Source: Phoronis australis (lineage: Eukaryota; Animalia; Phoronida). Taken from it: a stretch of 64,000 nt of DNA. The position numbers were made by a program, and so were the translations under genes. Of this stretch, positions 39,717 to 53,433 are shown one piece after another (position 1 is the stretch's first letter; the number at the start of each line of letters is the position of its first letter). Below the pieces are notes generated by a model. The model was not told where the DNA came from. It saw nothing but the letters and a program-made list of their open reading frames with translations, and ran no database searches. The DNA lies in the NCBI GenBank assembly GCA_002633005.1, contig NMRA01000791.1, positions 4,473-68,472 on the forward strand, given 5' to 3'.

Positions 39717-40547
39717 GTAAAGCAAAAGGAGAGGATTGGTGTCACCCACCCAAGAAGTTATTAGGTGTTTGCAAATGAGTTATGGCAGAAAGCCTGTGTG
39801 TTTGTTACAATAAAAATAGTTCGAAGGAATCAATCCCAATGGATGGTTTCGGTTGGTATCTACTGTACGAGACACAGGTAATCACACAAAATACATGGAC
39901 CATTTTCCCGTCAAGAAGGCTAATTCTGTCAACTGCAAACATTACAATTCATCTTTGATCAAATACAGACCATTTGTTTGAGATGATAGGTCTATTTTGT
40001 ATCTGAGACAGATAGTAGCTTAAACATTTTTGTCGAAACCAAACTAAATTCCGTTGTCAAGTAAAAGTAAATAAAGTTGAATCGATATGACATATTTATG
40101 CATAATGTTAGCTTTGAAAAATTAAGCGTGGGTGTTGACCGTAGGTCTTCTTTTCAGAGGGTCCTTTAGGTAGTCATTAAATTGAAATGTTCGCTCTTCC
40201 GCGGTTTCTGTTCTCCAAGTCCGTATGTCTTGTAGTCCGAAGATGCCGTTGCAAGCTCTCAAGAAACATTCCGCGGACCAAAGCGTTTTGGGACCATTAA
40301 TTTTGTTAGTACATTCTGTGGGTATAAAAGGTTTCGTGAAATCTGCAGATTGCTTGCGCAATCCGGCGGGATTTTTTATTAATAGCGGCAGTGCATTTTC
40401 TGCTAGTTGCATAAAGGTTTTGTCTGCCATGAATTTGGATTTTTAACGAATGTTTGTAAGGTCGACAAGTCAGTAAGTTTTATGTCACACAGATATACTT
40501 TATTTTGATCAACAAATGTTAGATGCCACACATTTCTTCCACTGCAG

Positions 40548-40675
40548 GTTGTGTGGGGACCAAATGCGTCGCAAATTTGAGACTCGTTACAACAGTCTGT
40601 TGTTGATTTTCCGGTCGAACAGTAACAATGGACGCAAAGGTTTTAAACTCAAGGTTAAAGTTGAGTCCGAGACCG
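40548..40675 (+). CDS. CUB domain exon c
   Basis: ctgcag|G...G|gtaagt; LCGDQMRRKFETRYNSLLLIFRSNSNNGRKGFKLKVKVESET. Confidence 0.92.
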
Positions 40676-41183
40676 GTAAGTAGCACAGAATCCTTTGAAC
40701 ATATAAATTAAACAAAACACAATATGCTATGCTCATGAGTGTGCAGGGTTCAAAGTCTGAATGAAGCAACGCCGGTAGACACACACTCAACATGCGAATC
40801 TGACTATAACCGACAGCGCTGCGCTCGCCGACATAAAGGCCCAAGCAAGTATACAAGATGGTGGATAGATGACTTTTAAAGGTTCCTGTTACCGTCTTAC
40901 TTTATTGCGGCAGCATGAAAAAACTCAAACTCGCATACTACAAAAGATCCAAACGTCGACTTTAGGTCGTCACGAGCATACTGTACGTTTGAAGTTAAAT
41001 CCTAGCGTCATTTTAGTTATTCGTGTTAGTGATTAATAGCAAAACAAATGGAATTTTGCAACTGTTTTCATTCATCTAGCATAGTGAGTTATTTAATTGA
41101 CTTCACCAGTTCAGCAATCTCAACAGGCTCAGACATGGGAGTAGCCTGTAGTCCGGAAGTCGTCATCTAGAACCAATCTGCCT

Positions 41184-41330
41184 CCCGTTCAGTATCGCTA
41201 GGACCTCGCTAAAAAGCAAGACTTTGCGAGATTACGTGAGATATTGCCGTGCATTTTAAATGAGAACACGTGACTTTGACTAGGTTTTAGCTAGGTCCTA
41301 GCGTAGGTCCTAGCGTCTACTGAACGCGGC
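41184..41330. mobile_element. Short MITE
   Basis: Inverted ends cgttcagtatcgctaggacct / aggtcctagcgtctactgaacg. Confidence 0.55.
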
Positions 41331-42094
41331 GCCTAGTCTATTAACCGATTGACCCGGCGGAACCGGCGAAGTCAATCAAGTGTACCCAATGTATGATCTC
41401 CAGTTCAAGTCACGCACTTATTTTTACTACTTAAATGTCACTAAAACTAAAAACATGACGAATTAACCTCGCGCTGATGCAGGTACATGTACGTACAGTA
41501 CGAGCCATTTTCATTGGCTTAAGCTCAATACTACGTAAGGATAACTCATGTGAACAAATTTTGTCTTAGAAGCAGCAGACTAACCGAGTACGGTTTTCAA
41601 ATAAAAACGGTGCAGGCAAAGTGGTAAAGGGTTCAGTTTGTCCAATCCAAATTACTACTACCATATGCATGCATTTTTTCATTGTCGATGTTACATAACT
41701 AAGGAATATTGCTGTTCACAGCACATCTTTAAGTCAAAAAATCATTATGACGCACTTTTCTGTAATTCTACACATTTTAAAAAACATGTCACAACTTTTC
41801 ACTCATCAATTATCAGATGAATCCTCGTCAAAAACAAAATAACCCTCTACCACCTCCTACGAGGATCTGTAAGACTCAAGTGAAAATCTTAGTTTCATGA
41901 CAAAGCTTTTACACTTCGCAGTACAATGTGTAAAATGCATAGGATCACTTTGAGTGCAGTAATTACTTATATCTTGGAAACAATGCATTGTTTTCAATTA
42001 TTTTCTGACGAGTGCCAGTTCACTAGATTCGAGCCTGTGTGACGATGTCATATTTTCCATCATCTCATTGATCCTGCATCCTTGCATGTTTCAG

Positions 42095-42202
42095 ATTGTC
42101 GATCCAATCCTTGTCAAAATGGAGGCGAATGCAAAACCAACGAAATTGGTATGGCTTACTGTAAGTGTGGCAAGAGAATGTCGGGTCGTTGGTGCGAAAG
42201 AG
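42095..42202 (+). CDS. EGF-like domain exon 2
   Basis: tttcag|AT...G|gtaggt; DCRSNPCQNGGECKTNEIGMAYCKCGKRMSGRWCER. Confidence 0.93.
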
Positions 42203-42794
42203 GTAGGTTGTTGCTAGGAGAGTTAGTTAACACTTCTGCTTGCGCCAACGAAAGCTTCGTGCCCACACGTCGGTCGCAGTAACTTCCACAGACCACTTGG
42301 ATGCTCACAAGCTCAGAAGAAAATTGGGACAGAATATCCCTCTTGTTGCATGATCTAGCATCAGTTTTAAAGCTATGCACGTGGAAAATCAGCGTGAAAT
42401 TAAAAAAATAAAAAACTATATCCAGGCAATTTCATTGTAACACAATCCTCTTATTCATTTTGTACATCACTTGTTGGGTTCAGAGCAAGTTAAATATATA
42501 AAAAATGTGTATACAGCTTTGCTGCCGTGGTGCTTTACAATCAACAACGCTATTAATCGAAACTAACGAACGGATACTCGAGGGAATGCCGCATGATTGA
42601 CGTCTGTTGTAATGCATGTAAGAAAAAATATACCTGGGCGTACTGCTAGAAGTGTGGAAGGATCTAATCCAACCTGACAAAGTACTCCTATCATCAACGA
42701 TAATATACATGTCTTTAACTAGATTCATCTGGACGTCCGATATACAGTATGAGTAAACATTCCATGCTTTGCATCCACAGATCAATTGAAACAA

Positions 42795-43420
42795 TTACCA
42801 GAAATTATCGTCTTCTTAGATATCATGCCTGAAGCCTTCATCAGTCTGATGTCGTGCCGCTAGATGTCTCTAGGTGTAATACAGGGTTGTACATACGGCT
42901 GAGTCTGTAAGCACCATCGTCTCTGTTCACAGGAATACACTGCTGTAAAATGCAGACGGCTTATTCCTGCATAATCATTAGGTTCTGTGTCGACAAAAAG
43001 TGGCACCAGACCAATATATTACATGATTTAGCTGAACAGCTTGATTTGTGACTGTAGATTTGTGGAACTTGTTTAAGAATTCTTTTTTGGAGCTCTTGTA
43101 AATGACTTTTTCATAAATGTTTTCTTCGTCCTGCATCTGTTTCTTTAGTTTGTAGCTACAAATTTTCACTGTCAGTGTCTTGAACATGAAAGAGCTCTTG
43201 TAGGAGCCACATAGAATACGGTATACCTTCCACTGGTGCCTTTCTTAGAACGTCTAAGCTGGATCGGTTCTCGTCTAGTTTAATTGTTGAAACCGGTTTT
43301 GTGGCATTCGCGATGTCAAGTTTTCAAAAAGTGTTCCCGAGGGCCTCTTATATGCCTTCGACATACGTGGTTAGTACTGTTCCTCTGTGCTGGCCTTTAC
43401 GAGTAGGCTTACGAGGTTCA
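42795..43420 (-). mobile_element. Penelope-like element 3' fragment (GIY-YIG C-terminus plus degenerate hammerhead)
   Basis: Minus-strand remnants YVEGI*EAL, KSTVTNQAVQLNHVIYW and NRDDGAYRLSRMYNPVL, followed by CTGATGAAG. Confidence 0.7.
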
Positions 43421-43466
43421 GAAATAAATTTTCTTCCTGGGAGGAGATATCGCCACCGTTGTTAAT

Positions 43467-45417
43467 TGACCTATCGCCAGGATTATGACGGACGGCTTAA
43501 TTGACCAATCAGAACGCAGCATTCTTGGCACACCTTCGTCTGCGTTTCCAAGCCGCTTTTTTACCCGACAAACCACACGTAGTCGAGTAAAATTTACTTT
43601 AGTCTATAGCTCATGAAATTGTCCGCTAAGAATGGGGAAACGGTGTTGATATGGCGTGTGTAGCACCGACAGCCGTTATGCTGTTCCAGAATAATATCCC
43701 GTTATTTTTGGCATGTCCTAAGTCGAAAAATGATGTTGAAAAGCGTAAACTATGGATCAAACTGTACGGCCACACGAGCGATGTTGCTTGATAACTCGAA
43801 GGCTATAATAAACACAAATATATTAGTTCCAAGATACGCACTTTTCAGCTTGGTGGCTATATGGTGCAGGGCTATCTCAGATTTTGACTCCCGAGTTTCC
43901 TACGTCTGGCAGCCTTTTTCTCGGCACCTGCTGGATCTCAGCACTCTAGCGGTAGTCCCCGGAAATTGTTGTTTTCAAAGACATTTTTATTTTATGTTTT
44001 TTAAAATTTATTTCAACCTAATGGACATTATTTTGTTTCGTATCAGAGGTACATTTTTGTTATTCATAAACCGTAGGCTGGCGTGAACTTCTCTCCTGGT
44101 CAAAATTCAGAAATTCGATCGGCACAGGGAAGGGCACTGGATTACTGCCGGAACTCAAAGCCTTGGTGGAGCTGTTGTCACTAAAAATAAACTTTTGAAT
44201 TACTTTTTGACGTGTACCTCTAGTATGCACTATGTCTGTAGAGTTTGAGAGAGCTCATTTTGAAGTTGTTTAAACATGATATTTTGATTTATGAAGCTTT
44301 AAAAAAGAATTTGAGTTATTTTTGTAAATACCCTATTTTTGCAACTACCACACCAGACTTGTAATCTTTTGTAACCATACGACTTAGTGATCATGCTACC
44401 TTCAAAATTAAATGAAAGCTACCTTTATGGANCCCCCCCCCCCCCCTTGGCTGCCGCAAGCAAAATGAAACAGCAAGAGCGTGAAGCGTGACGAAATATT
44501 GAATTCCGTAACTAGGACTGGTAGCGGAAGAGGGGGGCTCAGACCCCGGCAGATCGTGGCGGAATTGTGTTCCTGTTTATTAGTCCACCTATAGATTTTC
44601 TGAACCGAGGTCCAAAGGTCTACATCCCTGGCCCCTGCAACTTTCGGGCCGCCTGTGCACAATTGCACCTTGCCCAATTCCACGAGGCATCATATGTTGG
44701 GCCCCCCTGTGGTATCCTAGATCCGCCACTGAATTCCAGACATTAATTTGACTTAGACACAGTCCTAAACCGACCGGAGCTAAATGTTTGCCTAGGACGA
44801 GATGAGTGTGTACCTGAGCTATGAACCTGAATTTTTTTATCAAAATATTTCGTTACAAGATTAGAAAAGCGTAAACAGTGCTATGGAGTCGACCTAGTCA
44901 GAGACTATAGTGCATGTGTTGTCTGTAATCTATGACCTACTTTACTCCAGGAGTCCTACCAGTTCTGACCTACTTTTCATTTGGCGAAATTTAGCAGACG
45001 ACAGAATATAAATATCGTTGAATCTTAACTGATTTTATTCGAAATATCATGAAATCTATGGAATCGTACAGATAATTCGACTTTAAGGTACATACCCAGC
45101 TTTACATGAACATATCGTACATGTATCAGTGGCCTTGTCATTTGTCAGGTGAAGGTGGCCCCGAGGCCGAGGGGTTCTTCGGATTTTCGCTGGCGCCTCG
45201 AGCACTTATTTTTTCATCGTCACCTTTACAAATTCCCATATCATGAACGTACGATTCTTTGTTGAAAAGCATCGCATCTTGTCTCTGTCGAAGCGTTTTC
45301 AAATAGTGCAAAAACACTCATCGATTCCACCAGGAACGTCGTTTAGCGACAGTGTATTTGCCTCTGACACCTCGTTCGAGTGTCTTTTCGCATAGGGGCG
45401 GAGCTTGCGATAGGTCA
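43467..45417 (+). mobile_element. TGACC-terminated TIR element, copy C
   Basis: TGACCTATCGC...GCGATAGGTCA with AT on both sides; contains a GC-rich MITE at 44433-44731. Confidence 0.78.
44433..44731. mobile_element. GC-rich CAG(T/G)GGCGGAT-family MITE fragment
   Basis: Ends tagatccgccactg; related pieces at about 21075-21228, 45830-46093 and 58800-59215. Confidence 0.6.
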
Positions 45418-45439
45418 ATTCGAAAGACGAATGGCAAGC

Positions 45440-45720
45440 TCTCAAGTAGTTCAAACAATTAAACGATACAGTGATCATTGATGCGGTGAATGATAAGATT
45501 ACCGTGATACTTAATAAATCTGACTATGAAAGCATGGGCAGCAATATTCTCAGTGACGCTGACACTTTTGAACAGTTAAGGTCTGAGCCTACAGGTACAG
45601 TATATCTACAAGCAGAAAACAATTGGTCATCTTCAGTTCCTGCAAAAAGGAAATATGACCACTTTGCAATAATACAATTACCTATATCCTACCTCTGTAA
45701 GTGTAACCTATTGCTGACAC
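45440..45720 (+). mobile_element. Penelope-like RT N-terminal fragment
   Basis: VIIDAVNDKITVILNKSDYESMGSNILSDADTFEQLRSEPT resembles the PLE 'ADKG..V...DY.....L.D..TY..L..DPT' block. Confidence 0.6.
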
Positions 45721-47236
45721 TTTGAAAGTCGTACAGGACCGTTTGAATAGTGATGATACTCCGAGTCAGGGGACAAACATATAGGAAAGGGATATTATCA
45801 TACCATAAGGGGGGCAACACGTTGTCTCAGGGAATCGGGCAAAGCGCGAGTGTGTGTGCAGCGCAGGCCCGAAGTTGCGGGAGCCGGGTATGTGGATATT
45901 GTGTTCGGAAAATCTACGGATGGACTAAAAAAATAAAAAAACGGGTACTCCGCGATCTGGGGCACCCCTTTCTGCGCGTCCTAATTGCTAACTCAATATT
46001 TCCTCGCGCTTCACGCTGTTGCTGTTCCATTTTTGCTTACGGCAGCCAAGGGGGGGGGGCGGCCTCCGCCCCCCACCCTAAATCCGCCTTTGTAACATGA
46101 CATATTCTCTGTATGGTGGTTTGCAATTTATTCGTGAAACACGTAGAACATAAGATCATTACTACAGTCCGATAAAGCTAAGTGTTAAAACATGGAGTAC
46201 ATATGTCCAGGTTGTGTGTGCAAATGTGCCAAGACGAAAGTCTGTGAAACTAACACGGCACTTGAACAGTTGTGATCCCTCCGACTATCTCATATTCACA
46301 TATGAGGGGGGTCGAAGAGTTGCTAATGTACCTCAAAAAACTGTGAGGAATTTTTTAGTATTATTTTAGTTTGTTTTTTATGACAAATTACCCGAAAAAT
46401 GTAAGGTACTTTTTGTAAAAAATAGCAGTCGAATTCGTCTTTGTTACATTGCGGAAACCTACTAGGCCTTTATATAAAAATCTTAACAGTCTTTTTCAGA
46501 TTGCTGAATGAATCATTAAAGCGGTTAGATTTTGCACGTGGGGTTTCCTGTATTTCTTGATATATGGGCCAGAAGGTGGACTCAACAGTGTGTAGGTCAA
46601 TCGTTCATTGTTAACACACCAACCACCGGAGAGATTGATATCGAGAAACCAAGTACGAAATGGGCAATAGAAATCGAGTATGTGATTAACGCGCACCGTG
46701 AGCACGAGCTCGAAACAGCAAAAAGTCAAATTACGGATCAACTTAATGAATTTTGGGGAGGATAAACAGCTTACTGTGTTAGTGAACACTAAGTCACAGA
46801 GGCAGTTCAGCCACTACTCGGAATTGTTCTCAACCGCGTATGCATGCAGACGCACAACTATATTTTATCTTTTTTCTGCGCATTTTTTTATGCTGTGTAC
46901 TCCTCGTTGACTAGATTTTAAGCGGCTCGGTGAATGAAAGGACTGAGGGAAAATACGAAACTGGTCTATGCCTGGCGACGGGATATTCGAATTTGATTGG
47001 CAGCCCTGTAACCTGTGACCTCTGATAAGTAGCAAACAAAAATCTACGCTGTCGTTGGGTTTCAAGGGGGTTCTGCTCCTTACATGATATATGTTTCATA
47101 TTTGAAGTTTCCCAAAAATGAAGATAAGGTATTTTACTTGGCATTGGTAAAATATTGTAAAAACGGACGATATTTATGAATAAGGTTTGAGATATCTTTA
47201 ATGATGAATGTTAGTTTTCGCGTACTTCTTGTTCAG

Positions 47237-47401
47237 TAAATGGCAACTGGACCGAGTGGGGAAGTTGGACATCTTGTCAAAGTCGATGTGGTGTCCAAAC
47301 CAGGTGGCGTCAGTGTACCAATCCGCCTCCAGGCAATGGCGGACGAGGCTGCTACGGGCCGGATGCCAGCTTCAAACCTTGTGGAACCTGGCCCTGTTCA
47401 G
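47237..47401 (+). CDS. Thrombospondin type-1 repeat exon
   Basis: gttcag|TA...G|gtgatg; [55 protein letters not shown]. Confidence 0.95.
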
Positions 47402-48025
47402 GTGATGCAAGTTTGCACTAATTAAAAGCAATGATGCATGAAACAGTAGAATTTACTCACTGTACCAGCAAGTATCTCGATCTAGTGTTTGGTCACGACA
47501 CAATACAACTTCCATCCGAAATGCAAAATGTCGAACTGGTCAGCTCCAGTTCTTGAACCTGGTCTCTAGTAATAACGGATTGTCTGCTGTTCCCAAGTCC
47601 AGAAAGCCTGGATAAGAAGCATGTCAATCAATTTTAAATTGTATTCATAAAGAGGGCTAAAACACAAAATATCGATGCACAACATCTATAACTACCTTAC
47701 AACTAAGTTTTGTAATATTGAAACGCCGGGAACGCGACGTACATGTATTTGCCTTTCCTTTTATCGATTGCGAGTTAATGAACGATTTTAACTGACTGAT
47801 GATTTTTTTAAAGTGGTACAGTGAGGTAATCATATGGACAATTACAGTATACGTCTTAGCTGCTTTCATGCCCGGTCTGTTGTATACACGCATGAACTTT
47901 TCTTAAAATCGCTGTTACATGTATATGTATCTCTCGGGCATAACCGAAGCTGCTACAATTGGTGAATATTAAGTATACAGGTTTTCACGACTTATATCTA
48001 AATTACATGGTCATATTCCTGCCAG

Positions 48026-48364
48026 GTTCCGCAATTTGCACCTTCGATAAATACGGCACTCACTTTGGAACAACACGTTGTTCATTCAGACAAAGCCAAC
48101 GGGACAATGGAAACTTTTACGAAGGGTCGTACTCAAACTTCAATCAGTATAATTCGGATCGCCAGCCCATCGTGGATCACACGTACGGATTTCAGTTCTT
48201 GAACAAAAAAACCGGACCAAGACGTTATCTGTGGTCAGGCCCTCACAATACACCAGGATCGTGGTCTAACGTGCGCTTAAAACCCAACGACAAAATCAAC
48301 ATTGAAGGATTGATACTCTCTCAGCACAGCGCCTACTGTGTGCGTTTCTACTACATTATACTAG
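48026..48364 (+). CDS. MAM domain exon a
   Basis: gccag|GT...G|gtttgt; CTFD...CSFRQ...PIVDHTYG...YL...CVRFYY, which are MAM motifs. Confidence 0.9.
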
Positions 48365-48924
48365 GTTTGTAGGTTTTAGTTAAACTAGTAGTCCTAATAA
48401 TTTTACGTTCCATAAGAAAAGCTATTATGAGTTTGGAGAAATCTCACAACTTCTTCGCAAGATATCACACTGATTTACAACCGCGAACCTCGTGCCCAAA
48501 TTTCTGCCGCTCTTTCGAAACAACTTATCAGGTACTTTCGTTGAATCAAATTCCTAGCGGAACACCTCGGGTATTTTCTTTGTCCATGTTCCCTGTCCTA
48601 CGGACAATCATTGTCCACTTTAGACCTGTGAAGTCCGCACGCGTGAAGACCTTGCTCTCCTCCAAGTGGAAAACTGAGGCTACGAAATTTTTTAATACGT
48701 TCCTTAAGTTCATATTCGCTTGGAACACATCAAATATTTTCGTATCTTGGCCTCAGGTTATCCCTTGGAAGTGTTTCATATCTCTGCGTGTGAGAACTTC
48801 AATTATCTCAACAAACGAAATTGGTCTTGAGACGGATTATGCTTCCGAAAACGCTAGTGTTTTAGCCAAGATGTGAACCTCGTACAAGTATAAGTGTCAC
48901 GACTCGATATTTTTTAAATTTTAG

Positions 48925-49097
48925 GTCGCATGGTTGTTGGTATCGACCTTTATTATTCGTCAAACGGACGACGAGGCGATCAGATTTATAACGCTTACCG
49001 GAATACGAAATCTTTAGCTGCGGATTGGAAATGGGAGTTATATGAGCACGAGATTGATCCGAATTCTGAAAATTCAAGGATCCGTTTCCCGCTAGAG
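48925..49097 (+). CDS. MAM domain exon b
   Basis: ttttag|GT...GAG|gtatga; open frame RMVVGIDLYYSSNGRRGDQIYNAYRNTKSLAADWKWELYEHEIDPNSENSRIRFPLE; phases fit both neighbours. Confidence 0.82.
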
Positions 49098-50286
49098 GTA
49101 TGACATAAATGATTATCACGGTCAAGGTTTTATTCATGCAATCCATGCTAGAGGTATTAAAGAATGTATGCAATTTAATTTTTGTAATTGCTAAAGCCTT
49201 ATATCATTTTGCTTAGCTTATTGTGTACTTCGTCTGTTTATGCAATTCCTTGCTTTGACAAAGCTGCATTTTGCCATGTTTAGGTTTTCATGGATATGTT
49301 CAAGTTATTTGTTAAATAAATTGTATCCAGAGTCATGGTATGTGTATGCGCACATATGCATGATTCATTTGATTTTATTTGCTGTAATTTGAAATGAGTA
49401 ACATTTTATGGAGATATACTATCGCCTCTGTATGCTTGCGGCATTCAGGCCTAGCCCGGGTCGAGTTCAGTCCGTTCACAGCTTCACACAACATAACAAG
49501 TTCACATTTTCTTCGTCCATTCACAGTTATTCCACGATCCGTCCACCATCTTTTAGGTTGTGTTAACGTTTTAAGCGTAAAATTCTCCGTAAGAATTCTA
49601 GTAAGACTTAGCGTGTATAGCAAAGACTCGGGGCAAAACAAGAGCAATATGGCGGGTTTTGCCCTTCTTCCGCTGACGTCACATTGACTAACTGGAAACT
49701 CGCAAGTGAGCTATTTCCTTTAGAATTACTTGAACAGTGCAAATTATAAATGTCGCACGCGCTGGCAAGTCTTTGTCCCCGTGCGAAGATATGCCATTGA
49801 AGAGGGCCGTTCTTGAACCCGTCCTGTTGGAGAAGCCCAAGGTTTAAAGGAAATGTTAAACCCGATTTTTCGTTTACAATAACGGCTTTCCCATGTTGCT
49901 CTCTAAGTAATGATCTTTAACCTCGTCAATCCTAAAAATATGTAGCAATTTCTTAAATTCTTGAAAAAAGTATACATTTTGGCAAGCGTGACATGCCAAA
50001 CGCTTTATTCGAGTTACATGGTACATGTTACTGTTTGGAAGATCTAAACATCAAAACTTTACAGGACCCATCTGTGTGTGGGCTTACAATCTTTCCCTAT
50101 AAGGAAAAACTCTGAGCACTGAAAACGCTGGTTGTCAAAGTCACCTTTACAAAATTTTAGTCACCTGAGGGCATTTCATTCCTGGCTAAATACAGCTTTA
50201 TACCAAATACATGCGGCTTTGTTTATTTAGATGGGTGAAGAAACAATCCGTCTAATTTACATTAGTTTTCACAAATTGTGTTTTAG

Positions 50287-50422
50287 ATTGTAATAAGCGG
50301 TGTGAAAGGCCAAGGGCGAGGATATGTGAACATAGACGACATTGTAGTCACTCGAGGAAAATGTCCTAGTAAGCCGGCTCCGCCCACCATTCCTCCAACT
50401 ACTACCAGACCACCGCCGACAG
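50287..50422 (+). CDS. MAM C-terminus plus Pro/Thr linker exon (alternative donors after 50368 and 50432)
   Basis: ttttag|ATT; IVISGVKGQGRGYVNIDDIVVTRGKCPSKPAPPTIPPTTTRPPPT. IDDI...G.C is the MAM end motif. Confidence 0.88.
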
Positions 50423-53400
50423 GTAGGGTGCAGTAAGACATGAAGAGACATTGTGAAACATAATGCCAAGCAGTCTGTCAGAGATTAAGCTTCAACAGAA
50501 CTCCTTGCATAAGTACACTTTAGTGTTTAAAATATCGATGATGGCGTGGAGTGGGGTACTGTAGGAAACTAATGCGCGTCGTGGCACTGCGATCACGTCA
50601 GGTACAGGTCGTGCACGACTCACTGACGAACATTAGCGCCCCGCCCGAAATCCAGAAAAAAGCATTTTCCACTTTCCTGGTCACCTGTATGGGCTGCGAG
50701 TAACTTTGTTAGTCGTTTGGTGACTTCCATGCACAAGCGCTGATGTGAAGGTTCAAATTTGACACGTGCTCTTTGGCGAGTTAGATTTGAGATCTGTAGC
50801 GCAAATCGGGAAATTGCAGTGAGACGTATGGATTTGGCGTTTGGATGCATTTCACCTTTTAAACGTAAACACAGTGTTATGCTAACGAGTATATGAGACA
50901 GTGCGCATGTATTTGGGTTTGGTGGTGTGGGTAACTAAGCGCTAGACTGCTATCAGTTAGAAGTCGTGTGGAAGTCACACGTGTAAACCGCTGCCAGGCT
51001 TCCTGCGGCTGTTGGCGATGATCTCAATCAATGACGCACGGATGTGGAATTTCATGTGTCATTTACAAATTCAACGACATTTCACTAAAACATCGTAACT
51101 TACAACAGTTCCTGGAAGAACTGTTCAATTTTGATAACTAATTAGTAATCATTTGGTACCTGTTACCACTCCCATCATTTTGATTGGGGGAACGCTGCCC
51201 CCTGCGCCCCGGTTCCTACGCTTGTGGATATTATGCAGATTCAATGGTTACAAAACTAAAATCAAGATTTGTATTTTTTTCAAGATAAATCTACGAGTCC
51301 AAAAACAAGTATAATTCACTCGTTGACGATTGAGAGATATTTTAGTAACCAATAGGCGTACGCCGTGAAGCCGGCCGGACACTAAAATTAAACTTCTATT
51401 CAGGCCGGACGGCGGCTTATAACAAGAGGTTTGGAAAAATACAGCGACCAGAATAATAAAGATGACGAGAAGTTTCTTCCTCGATTAGTAAACCTTCAAG
51501 GCTACGAGGTCCAAAATCGGAGTGATCTGTTTACTCGTGTGGCAGTATTTTTTATTTTGATTACTATTGGCATGTTCATTAGTGTTGCCATGTTTACTTA
51601 GATAGATAACCGTTTTATCTGTCGAGTCTAAATCACTAGTGGGTAATTGCTCATGGTAGTGGATCATCATAAAGCAGAAAGGTTGTTCTTAAATGAAAGT
51701 GATTCTGTCCAGAGTGTAGTGCAACAAAAACTATATAATTATATGTGTCGTATTTATAAGATTCATAATTGGAAGATGACATTTTTATGCACTAGGAGTC
51801 CCTACCTCACCTTCATGCGATTTCACAGAACACATAAAGTGTTTTATCAGAAAAAAAGTGCCCCATTATAACATCTTCATAATGTCAGATATTCTTGTTT
51901 TATGCTGCTGATATGAGAACAATTTGCATTTACTCACATCATTAAATAAGTCTGAGATTTCTCCAAAATAAATGGACCCAGAGAAGAAATTTCAGTCAAC
52001 ATCAAGAAGGCCACCAACACGTCAACCAAGGCGTTGAGTAGTATGGTCATCTCAGTGCCACTCGATATTGCCTTGTTGCTGGGTATTTTTAAAATGACGA
52101 TGGAAAAAGAGTACCAATTTCCTTACCACAACCAGAATTGACATTCTATTTTTGTAAACTAAGAAAACTACCAACAAATTTCAAAATCAATAATATAAAA
52201 GACGAATGAGGGGCATATCAGTCTGGTCTCAGACCACGCAACTTTTATGGGGACATCTGCAGTCAAAATAAAGGATAAAAATATTATAACCATGCATCCC
52301 CGAGAATGGTGCAGAATTGAATTATTGACGAAATAATGTGTATCACTTCAACTAGGGCCTGACTGTGACCAGGTTGTAGCAACATGGACTGCCAATTACA
52401 GGAATTTTCCTTTTTCACAACAAAACAGAAACTAAGAAAACGTGACGAAATAACTGTACGTATACTACAACAAAAAATCAACCATTCAGTCACTGCGTTA
52501 TTCACCAAAATGAAAATGAGTCTGACTATATAGACAAATACTATACATGTATCACATTACGTGCCAATTCTAAAGAATCTGAAAATTAAGCGTTCCGTTT
52601 AACTTGGAATGTAATGAATCCAGTAAATTAATAATATTTATTTTGATCACGATACATGTGGACGTACATCGGGAAGGTCAGTCATTCACGATCAAAACAT
52701 CAGCAAAAACTTTAACTCGAGAATAAAATCCCCGATAGTAAAGTAGCTACCTGCAAACTGTGGGAAGGGAAGTTACTAGTACACAATATCTTCTGTTAGT
52801 TCATACATGTATCTCCAATGTTTGCCCAATTTATAAAACCAAAAACAAAAGTGGACAAACACGATGCCGATATGTTACGGGTGCCCAGCTGGTAGTATCA
52901 ACCGCTTGTTTTCCCCCAATCTCTTTGAGTTCGTCTCGCAATAATCAATAGTGTTTGAACAACGTACCACCACTAGTCTGCTGCAGTGCCAAAGGAACTG
53001 TTTCCACTTGTATGAGAATTCCATACACCGTTAGGAACAGAATCGTGTTGTTATCGGTTGCTAACACGACCTCCGGCCTGTTCGGTCGCTGAACCCTTAA
53101 TTGTGTGAGCGAAATCACCAACGGTTTTCCGTTTTACACGTCTTGGTAGCATTTTAACTGGCTTCTGTAGCCTAGGCGCTATTTTAAGCCGGAAGCCACA
53201 GTCCGTCTAACATCAGCACCACCTAGAAGTCGACCGTAATTACCGTTGTGGTTTTTAACTTCGTTCTTCGTCACGAATCACCTCACGATCATTTGAAATT
53301 AATCAAGATACACAAGCGTTGCTGTTTTTGTGAAGTTTTGATACTCGGACAAGTGTGTGTTGAACGTTATTCACATTCCTCATTTAACGCAATTTCCTGT

Positions 53401-53433
53401 AAACATGTACTTCTTGATTCTTCCTCTTCCAAG

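Noticed and set aside
46211-46278. Cys-rich possible phase-1 exon (GCVCKCAKTKVCE)
   Set aside because: Runs into a stop without a convincing donor or domain pattern; EGF2 splices in frame to TSP1 without it.
46532-46765. 77-aa ORF in the EGF2-TSP1 intron
   Set aside because: No recognisable motif or splice support.
48427-48876. 149-aa ORF after MAM exon a
   Set aside because: Intronic between two phase-compatible MAM exons; no domain similarity.
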